DNA of 64,000 nucleotides, taken from Marsupella aquatica (Eukaryota > Plantae > Marchantiophyta). Of the stretch, positions 11,691 to 20,729 are shown piece after piece. The notes under the pieces were generated by a model. The model had not been told where the DNA came from. It did not search any database and saw only the letters and a list, made by a program, of their open reading frames with translations. The stretch's first letter is position 1, and the number at the start of each line of letters is the position of its first letter. The stretch spans positions 7,877,241 to 7,941,240 of the forward strand of contig OZ316899.1 of NCBI GenBank assembly GCA_973895155.1, written 5' to 3'. A program made the translations under genes and the position numbers.

Positions 11691-11703
11691 GTTTCTACTA
11701 GTG
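11691..11703 (-). repeat. Candidate CACTA-type terminal inverted repeat (CACTAGTAGAAAC on the minus strand)
   Basis: Matches the CACTAGTAGAAA terminus of plant CACTA elements and follows GACT/AGTC-rich subterminal sequence. The partner TIR is not in the window. Confidence 0.55.
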
Positions 11704-12520
11704 ATAAGTAGTAGTGGCAAGCCATGGTGTTAGGGATTTTCACACACTTCCATCAAAGGCTTTGCAAATCTCAAGGAGAATTTCCCTTCTCTCCACTTAT
11801 CTTATTTGTTTTTACAAAGTACTTTTCATGATCGGCCATCATCAGTATTATGTGTGCTCAGAGCACTTGTGCACTTTGTTCCATAGCATGTGCTAAAGGC
11901 ACTTCCTCATTTGATATCATTTGCAAAATGGAACTCAAATAATCCAATGGATGCATATGAGGAGGGTGTACTTCTCTCCCCCTCAAATCTCAAATTCTTA
12001 TTTGTATGCGCATTCTTCACCCATACAGGTCAGAGCTTGCACAGATGCTGTCGTCCCCTCCCACGAGTAGTGCTCAGTCTGGAGCCACGATTCCCTTCAG
12101 GTTGCAGAGTGCTGTGCGTAGCTCTGCCAGAGCATGGTTCATAAAGCAGCTAGAGCATTCAGGATCTTTGTACACTGTAAGCACTGTTTAGTGACTGAAG
12201 ACTGTTTCGTAACATAGAATACCCCCGGGGTGCTTTGCCTAAGTCATCAGGGCAGGATAAGCGGCGCCGTTGCTTTGGCGGCGTTTTTTTACTTCTAGGG
12301 TAAGACCCCCAAGTCCCGTTTTTGGGGGCGGCCACCTATTTGGTGGTCCCCGACACCTCTGAAATATTTGACGAATGTGAAGTTTCATGTGGTATATTGG
12401 TCTGGGGGTTAGTCCCTCCTAGGACTAAGGATGCCCGATATCGGGTTATCCATTATGTTGGCTTTATTCCCCTATATCGACCAAGTTCCTCTTATGACAC
12501 AGAGAGAGAGAGAGAGAGAG

Positions 12521-14085
12521 ACATGTTTTATAAAGTAGCAAAAAACACCCAGTCAAGGCCACATCAAGAAGTTAATTTGTCCATACATACAGTATGTCTA
12601 AGTCCTACAGTAGGGTCTGGGAGGAGTCCTGGATAGATAAGCATTACACCTTATAGTCCAAGTCAGAAAACTTCATATATTGCCGGTGACAAATGGTAGA
12701 GTAAGTTCACAGAAGTACAGTGAAAAGTTCTGACGGAGAATATTGGTAAAAAAAAGGTTACTACTCATACAACCCTCAATTTGTTAACAGGACAGGTCTC
12801 CAAATAGCTTACTCAAAGCGTAGTGGCAGGTGCTGCAATTGGAAGTACAACGTAAAACAAGGGATAGAAATAACTAATGATAGAAGTAACAAGTGTCAGA
12901 AATAACCAGGATTTGTTTATAAAAAAACTTTTCATAGAGTAATAGGTAGATAGATCTCAATGCCAGGGGTATAGAAAGAAGGATTACTCTATCAAGTCAA
13001 CAAAAAACAATTTCTTGGAGATACTAGTGGTGTGGATAGGAACGAATTGCTGCAGTGTTAGGAACAAAAATAATTATTAATAGTTAGCATGGTTAGTATA
13101 CGACATATATGTAGCTTGTTAGAACAAGCATATAGCTCTAAGCAGAGCTCTATGCATGGACCATTGGTGCATCAAATCGGTTAGTCTTACAGACAGAAGT
13201 AGACCATAAACCATAACTGACATGTAGTTGACTTGACTACATTGCAAGCCCCAGGTCCGTCATTCAGCCCCCGTCCCTGGGGTGAATCAAGTCAATTAAC
13301 TGACAAATTCATGCTATATGTTTCTGTTACCAAGATGCCCAGGCGGTTATATCAGTTATGGGCTAGACTAAGCTATTCATGAAATATAACAAAAAAGGAA
13401 TCAATATGAGAAGAGCGGTACCTGTTGAGCGCGCGCCATAGTTGTGGTGGACAGGAAAGGAATCTTACACAAGTGTGCCCTGGACTGCTCAGAAAGTAAC
13501 CCTATAGGGAAAAGAAAGAAATGCTAGTGGTAAAGGACAAAAGAGCAGTGTGGGGCAGAGTGCTAATGGTGAGAGATGCAAAGGACAAAAGCATAGAGTG
13601 GGGCAGAGTACCAATGGTAAGAGATAAGGGAGCAGAGTGACAGTGGGAGGAGATGAACAGCACCTGAGCCAGTCATTCAGCGTGGGGGATGAAGATGCTC
13701 AGAAGAATGCTTACGCAGAGAGGGGAGGTATCATGCAAAAGGAATGTTGAAGAACTGTGCGTCAGAACCAGTGGTGACTGTCTATTTTATAAGGATAAAA
13801 GTGTTGGTAGGGCATCTTACGTAAGAAGGGAGAGAAGTTGTTTTTAGGTTTTTAGTTTTTAGGCGTACGGTAGCCGTTAGATCTAGGTTGAATTTAAATA
13901 AGTGGTGTAGATGTATAGATCTAAGTGTCTCTTGCGTAAGGTGAGCAATACGTACTTAGATATTATTTTCATGAGTATGTATGGTTTAGTATTAGTATTT
14001 TAATGGGTATATTTTAGAGAGAATCATAGAGTTGCGGTACAAGGTGCTTAACTAAGACAAATTTATATTGAATGGGTCATCTTGT
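12521..14085. repeat. Long direct repeat (pseudo-LTR), copy 1
   Basis: Runs ACATGTTTTATAAAG...GGGTCATCTTGT and aligns with 18267-19836 apart from a few substitutions and one 5-bp duplication. Confidence 0.95.
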
Positions 14086-14219
14086 AAAAAAAGAGAGAGA
14101 GAGAGAGAGTCCCAGCACCATAAACCCGTGGTAGAGGCATTCCCCTGAGGTGAGTGTGGTATGCACTCACCCCGGAAGGGGAATGCATACCACACTCGCT
14201 TCATTCTCAGATTTCAATC

Positions 14220-16390
14220 TCACTTTCTCTTAATGATACGAAGACAGACCCGATGATTGATTTGTTCGTCTAGTAATCGACATAGTTCTACGATGGGGAA
14301 TCGAATACCAGGGAATGTATTTCTAGAGCAAAGTTTCAGAATAATTCTATCTAAGCGTGCTTCCTGAAATCCATTTTTCACAAGAGTGGATTTTAGGATA
14401 TGAATTTCAGCTAATGCAAGGATTGCGCTGCTAGACATATAGAGGATGGGTACTACCTGAGAGATGGAGATGTTATAAGATTGCAGCACAGGCCGGTTAG
14501 ATCGAAGCTGGATATACTGTTGGAAGGGAAAGGGGAGAAGTCGTCTTTTATCAAACTTGGTTGTCTCAAAAAGTCCGGAATGCCGATCTAAGATGTTGAT
14601 TTGGACGTTGAGAAAATGTCCAGCTGTTCCGAGGGCGGGTTCATTAGGTACATGCTCATCTATTTCTGATTGTAAGCTGACTACTTGTAATGGATAGATC
14701 CAGTATGGATTAGAAGTAGTCCGTGGTTCCATAGGATCCAGGAATCTAAGTATGTTTGGGTTGTTGATGATGCAGAAGTCGTTGATGTATCTGTATGTAT
14801 CTTTGAAGAGTGGTAGTAGATGGTGACACTTTAATCTCGCTAGTCGTTGCATAAACCAAAATTCATAAGAGACAAAATAAAAATTACACCATTGTGGGGA
14901 GCAGGAGAAGCCCATCGGGATGCCAGTAGCTTGTCGCCAAACTTGATCCCCAAGTCTGATAAAACAGTTTGCGATCAGCCAAGACTGTAGTGCCAAAAAA
15001 CGATCCAGTGTGAATTCAATCCAGCATGAGGTGCCAGGTGCTTGCCGACTCCAACGTGATTCAGTGGCAAGCCCGGATGTAGTATTGATGCGTACCCATA
15101 ATTTCTCCTCTTGGCGAAGGGAGCAGTTGTGATGTTCGAAGGCAATTTTAGCGATGTGACAAAGGGCCGAAGGTAGATTATCTTCACCAACTAAAGGGAT
15201 GGATTCATAGCATCGAGTTATGTCTGCCACAAAAAAATTGTGAATTGTAGAGGGAAGGTTTAGAGTGAATTCGTAAAGAGAATCGATAACCCCAAAAAAG
15301 GAAGTCTGGATATGAAAGAATGTACGTAGGAATTCTATCTGTTTGAAGGCCCAGGCTTTGAGTTCTAGCGAGATGCAGTTTAATATCTGTGTGATGATAC
15401 TAGTAGGTCCAGAGAAGATGCAGCGGGACGCATTGGTTATCCATCTATATTTATGTTTATGTAGTTTGTAAGAAGCCATAATATATGGTAGGCCGGCGTA
15501 TTGGAAAGTAATTTCGGGGATCAGTTGTTCGAGCTGTTCTTGGCAAGTATGCGTGACTTCCTCCAATGAGCGAGTGTCGAATATGAAGTCATCCCCTTGG
15601 AGCCGGTGTAGAGCTTGCTCCTGAATGTGTTGGATGCATAGGATACATATGTTGTTGGCAGCTTTGTCCAGCCCTGAAAAGAAGAAGTGATCTAATAGGA
15701 AACGTAATTCGGATAGTGCTGCCGGGAAAGACCTCCAGATTGATGTCGTTGGTGGTGACCGATGTTACGTTGTGCGCCCGTTTGCCAAAACGTGTAGCAG
15801 ATGTTAGGGAGCAGGTGACTACCAGTGTTGATGTCGGATTCCTCCATATCGAGAGCAGGTCCGAGCATCCGCCAAGCATGAATGATTTTGGAAAGCGCAT
15901 CAGTAAACTTCGTAGGTTGGGGAATTATGTGATTGAGACCAAAGGATAGCGAAGTTCGAAGTAGTTTATCATGGATGATGTCCAGATTGGTCATTCGTAC
16001 ATGGCTGGAACCTGGTGTTTTCACTAAATGAAATTCATTGCTAGTCAGTGGATCTAAGAATATTTTAAATCTGTTAAACTGACAGGCACAAGTTTCGCTA
16101 TCAGTAGTCAAGGAGGAAATGCTGAAGTTACAGAATACCATAGTAGGATGATAGCAAAGTGTAGATACAGTGTCCATGTATTTCCATCCAAAACAAATGT
16201 CTTCGAGTGCAGGAATAAGTGCATTCAGTTGGCACAGTTCAAGACACTCCGTAAAAATACGCCGAAGAGGTAACCATTTGAAAGATCTGTTTGTGTATAA
16301 CAGATGAATAAATTGTAGAGAAGAACGATCCCGACTGCGTGTTATCGTATGTCGGCCATGCGGCAGTTGGAGAAGGTGTCGGTCTTCTAG
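14220..16390 (-). pseudogene. Penelope-like reverse transcriptase (frameshifted), Naiad/Chlamys-like
   Basis: RT motifs ADITRCYESIP, QATGIPMGFSCSP, YRYINDFC (YIDD mutated) and thumb FDKRR...SNRP..SYNISISQV...LVKNGF. Upstream Zn-knuckle-like CACQ...HV..TNLDII...LR..LS.GLNH and FIHLLYTN...GWKYMDTV segments resemble Naiad/Chlamys proteins. Confidence 0.8.
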
Positions 16391-16646
16391 GAATGTAGAT
16401 ATACATACGTGTGTTAGATAATGTAGTGTAAGGAGATATAGATAGATGATTGCAGGGATTTACGATGTGTAGTTGCCATATTGCAGAAGCGTTGGTTCAA
16501 AAATAAATCATAATAATCCTAGAGATAAGAAGCGCAGTTTCATCGAAGCTGGTGCTAAGACATGCTATTGAAAACAAAGCAAGTAAGATTTATGCTCCAC
16601 TATGGGTCATTGTGAACAATTTGATGGTATGCTAAAGCGACTACTT

Positions 16647-18149
16647 TTAAACATCGTTGAAGTTCATGTTACGGCGAGGCAGGGGTGATTGCCCGATGGA
16701 GGATCCCGCATTGCTGGACAGTGCTTTATTGGGAACTTTGTTGTTCTGGAATCGCGGACGTGATCCAGGTGCCGATTGGGGAGTGTTGGGTTGCCATGAA
16801 TAGTTGTCGCGTCCACGTCCACATTGGGGAGTTTGGTTCGCATAGAAGCTCCTATGATTACCAAATTCAACAAATGGGGAATTGCCATTGAGATTCCATT
16901 TGCGTTTGGGCGTTGGATCTTGCTCTGAAAATTCTCCCGGTTTGATGAGCATTTCGATGATACGAGCTCCTTTAGCATCCCCATGATTGGCGAGTAGTTG
17001 TGCCGAGGGATCCCAAAGTTGCTCACCAGCTGCTTCTAGTAAGAGTTGTCTAGTAAAAAAGAATGCTACCTGATCCAATACCACACGGCGTGCTTCTCCT
17101 CCTAAGAAGCTCATCATAAGAATGAGTCGAGCCTGTATAGACGATGCAGCAAAGAATAACTCAAGATGATTAGCCATGTACCATATAGCATGATCGAACC
17201 ATATGATCTGGCCAGTGCAGCCACCTTTAGACGTAGAGTTGCAGGAGCATCGAAGGAAAGGTCGATGCCAGTTCCAGAGTTTGGTTTTGTGTTCCTGTGA
17301 AGAACGGGAGGAATTGGTGACGAAGTTACCGCGGATCTTAGCACCAACTGCCATGGTACATTTATATTTGGGAGCACCAAATATCATCATGGGCCAATTA
17401 GTTGATAAATTGGGGGAGGTTTCGATCCAGGAAAAGCCGCGGAGAGCATGCTCTTTGCAGACTTTGATCTCTTCAGTAGACAAAGAAGCCCAAGACTTCC
17501 ACATACCAAGTGAGATAGGCGCCAGATTGTTGATGTTGGGGATCCGCCACATGCAGCAGTCTACTTTAGCCGATTCCCATTCGAGAAAACGTGGGGGATT
17601 ATTGGGAATAAACGGCTCCCCGTCCTGCTTGGAATCGTCCAGCTCTTTCTGTGATGTCTGTACCCCATCGATAGCCTCGTCAAAGGCCATGCGTTCCTCC
17701 GATAACCAAGCAGTGTTGAGTAGAGGGTTTTCGCGAAGCTTTGAAGCAACATCGGCCGTTGGTGAAGAAGAACGATTGTCATTTGTGTTTAGAACACTTG
17801 GTGTATAGGCGAGCATGCGTGCAAGCTTACGACTAGTGGTGCGGGATGTTTCTAGTTCGTCTTCATCAATGCTTTCAAAAGTATCTAGTGAGCTAATGAG
17901 GGAATCGAGTTTAGTCAAAGCAGCCTCAGTGCTGATACAGCCAACAGCCTGGTAGACAGTAAACCATTCATTGATCCCTAAAACATGCAGAAGTAACTGA
18001 GCTGGTGCTTCGTCCACTCCACGATTCATTACTTCCCGATCATGTGTCTGGATGGCGGTATGAATTTCAGTTTGGCGAATAGAGGCCAGTGTGGCTTGGA
18101 TTGCCATGTTACATGGGCGAGGAAGGTCATTATCATATCCTAGAGACAA
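16647..18149 (-). CDS. ORF1 of the Penelope-like element, unknown function (may extend to ~18270)
   Basis: 500-aa open frame between the direct repeats, upstream of and co-oriented with the RT; contains WHRPFLRCSC...GGCTG and a basic disordered C-terminus. Confidence 0.65.
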   Translation of the reverse strand: MSLGYDNDLPRPCNMAIQATLASIRQTEIHTAIQTHDREVMNRGVDEAPAQLLLHVLGINEWFTVYQAVGCISTEAALTKLDSLISSLDTFESIDEDELETSRTTSRKLARMLAYTPSVLNTNDNRSSSPTADVASKLRENPLLNTAWLSEERMAFDEAIDGVQTSQKELDDSKQDGEPFIPNNPPRFLEWESAKVDCCMWRIPNINNLAPISLGMWKSWASLSTEEIKVCKEHALRGFSWIETSPNLSTNWPMMIFGAPKYKCTMAVGAKIRGNFVTNSSRSSQEHKTKLWNWHRPFLRCSCNSTSKGGCTGQIIWFDHAIWYMANHLELFFAASSIQARLILMMSFLGGEARRVVLDQVAFFFTRQLLLEAAGEQLWDPSAQLLANHGDAKGARIIEMLIKPGEFSEQDPTPKRKWNLNGNSPFVEFGNHRSFYANQTPQCGRGRDNYSWQPNTPQSAPGSRPRFQNNKVPNKALSSNAGSSIGQSPLPRRNMNFNDV

Positions 18150-18266
18150 AAGTTCCCGTGACCAGCGTTTCTGTGAGCAGACAGTACATCAATGTATGGG
18201 ATTAGTATCTATCTTGATAGTGGTCCTCCAAATCCAATCAGAGGAGTGGAATAAAGTTAGAGAGAG

Positions 18267-19836
18267 ACATGTTTTATAAAGTAGCAAAAAACACCCAGTC
18301 AAGGCCACATCAAGAAGTTACTTTGTCCATACATACAGTATGTCTAAGTCCTACAGTAGGGTCTGGGAGGAGTCCTGGATAGATAAGCATTACACCTTAT
18401 AGTCCAAGTCAGAAAACTTCATATATTGCCGGTGACAAATGGTAGAGTAAGTTCACAGAAGTACAATGAAAAGTTCTGACGGAGAATATTGGTAAAAAAA
18501 AGGTTACTACTCATACAACCCTCAATTTGTTAACAGGACAGGTCTCCAAATAGCTTACTCAAAGCGTAGTGGCAGGTGCTGCAATTGGATGTACAACAGA
18601 AAACAAGGGATAGAAATAACTAATGATAGAAGTAACAAGTGTCAGAAATAACCAGGATTTGTTTATAAAAAAACTTTTCATAGAGTAATAGGTAGATAGA
18701 TCTCAACGCCAGGGGTATAGAAAGAAGGATTACTCTATCAAGTCAACAAAAAACAATTTCTTGGAGATACTAGTGGTGTGGATAGGAGCGAATTGCTGCA
18801 GTGTTAGGAACAAAAATAATTATTAATAGTTAGCATGGTCAGTATACGACATATATGTAGCTTGTTAGAACAGGCATATAGCTCTAAGCAGAGCTCTATG
18901 CATGGACCATCGGTGCATCAAATCTGTTAGTCTTACAGACAGAAGTAGACCATAAACCATAACTGACATGTAGTTGACTTGACTACATTGCAAGCCCCAG
19001 GTCCGTCATTCAGCCCCCGTCCCTGGGGTGAATCAAGTCAATTAACTGACAAATTCATGCTATATGTTTCTGTTACCAAGATGCCCAGGCGGTTATATCA
19101 GTTATGGGCTAGACTAAGCTATTCATGAAATATAACAAAAAAGGAATCAATATGAGAAGAGCGGTACCTGTTGAGCGCGCGCCATAGTTGTGGTGGACAG
19201 GAAAGGAATCTTACACAAGTGTGCCCTGGACTGCTCAGAAAGTAACCCTATAGGGAAAAGAAAGAAATGCTAGTGGTACAGGACAAAAGAGCAGTGTGGG
19301 GCAAAGTGCTAATGGTGAGAGATGCAAAGGACGAAAGCATAGAGTGGGGCAGAGTACCAATGGTAAGAGATAAGGGAGTAGAGTGACAGTGGGAGGAGAT
19401 GAACAGCACCTGAGCCAATCATTCAGCCTGGGGGATGAAGATGCTCAGAAGAATGCTTACGCAGAGAGGGGAGGTATCATGCAAAAGGAATGTTGAAGAA
19501 CTGTGCGTCAGAACAGAACCAGTGGTGACTGTCTATTTTATAAGGATAAAAGTGTTGGTAGGGCATCTTACGTAAGAAGGGAGAGAAGTTGTTTTTAGGT
19601 TTTTAGTTTTTAGGCGTACGGTAGCCGTTAGATCTAGGTTGAATTTAAATAAGTGGTGTAGATGTATAGATCTAAGTGTCTCTTGCGTAAGGTGAGCAAT
19701 ACGTACTTAGATATTATTTTCATGAGTATGTATGGTTTAGTATTAGTATTTTAATGGGTATATTTTAGAGAGAATCATAGAGTTGCGGTACAAGGTGCTT
19801 AACTAAGACAGATTTATATTGAATGGGTCATCTTGT
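18267..19836. repeat. Long direct repeat (pseudo-LTR), copy 2
   Basis: Same sequence as 12521-14085 with an extra AGAAC near 19511. Confidence 0.95.
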
Positions 19837-20729
19837 AGAGAGAGAGAGAGAGAGAGAGAGAGATCTTATATGAGGTTGGCCCCTATATCCTCCATGGTAA
19901 GCTTAACAACTATCCCCACTAGATATATGGGGTGAAGCTCTATCTATACCTTGTATTAGTAATTAATATTGTCAGTTTGTATTTGAATGCCTTAAGGGCT
20001 ATATGATTGGGGCAATGCATTCTTTCTCCCCCTCAAATTGAGTTCTAGGGAGTTTTCATTGTAATAATTTATGCCAGCCAAGCAAACAGATGATCCTTCC
20101 ATGTCATGTTACTTTGTTCCCTCTTATACATCTTTCATATTTTGTTCCAAACACTTGCTCTTTTTAATAAGTATGTAATTTATACCATTCAAGCAACTTA
20201 GACTTCAATCATGTATTGGTCCACATTTTACTTCTTGATGTATGGTATAAGTGGAAACCAACTAATTGTGTCTTAGCATTCATATGTTTCTCATCATTGA
20301 GGAAAAAATTCAAAATGTTCTTCTTCATTTTAAGCCATTTTTGTTTACCCAGTTGCTATTTCAACTCATTGAACTGTGAAATAAAGTATCCAAGCTCAAA
20401 TTTACAAGATGTTACATTTTGATTTATAGGGTAGTGGGGTAGATTTTTGTTTTTCATTTTGATTAGTGGTAATTACCACCAATAATTCATTTTGATGACC
20501 CAATCAAGGGCTTAATTATGCAATTGCAATTTGATTTTGTAGTGGCAAAATTCTTTGTTTTGTGTTGCAATGATGGGAAATGACTTTCCTTTGTGATTTT
20601 TCGAGGGAAACTGACATCAATGTTGTTGTTTTTGTTGTCTTTGTTTGTGGAATGGCTCGATATAGGTTTATGTAAGAAACTTGTTATTTTTTTGTTTTTT
20701 GAACAAGGAATAGTAAGAAAGACGTTTTA

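Larger units (their letters stand above)
1..11703. mobile_element. Large DNA transposon (right part) with CACTA-type terminus, carrying a DDE transposase and a divergent ParB-like/methyltransferase-like cargo gene; left end lies outside the window
   Basis: Transposase pseudogene at 6228-10005, divergent cargo gene at 4368 to <1, tandem and subterminal repeats at 10255-11650, and terminus GTTTCTACTAGTG at 11691-11703 (reverse complement CACTAGTAGAAAC). Treating all of this as one element is inference. Confidence 0.6.
12521..19836 (-). mobile_element. Penelope-like retroelement (Naiad/Chlamys-type RT) with long direct terminal repeats, inserted in a (GA)n microsatellite
   Basis: Near-identical 1565- and 1570-bp direct repeats; AG tracts at 12501-12520, ~14092-14109, ~18259-18266 and 19837-19863; internal ORF1 and RT ORF. 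The repeats lack TG..CA ends, and no PBS or integrase is present. Confidence 0.8.

Noticed and set aside
13255-13700. Hammerhead ribozyme candidates (CTGAATGA on the minus strand near 13260 and 13672)
   Set aside because: The core spacing is not CUGANGA and there is no downstream GAAA with supporting stems.
17203-17808. 201-aa plus-strand ORF, and similar antisense ORFs such as 57193-57816 and 59686-60213
   Set aside because: They are shadows of longer minus-strand ORFs and have no independent motifs.
12521-19836. LTR retrotransposon or DIRS interpretation of the long direct repeats
   Set aside because: No TG..CA ends, PBS, PPT, integrase, RNase H or tyrosine recombinase; the RT motifs are Penelope-like.
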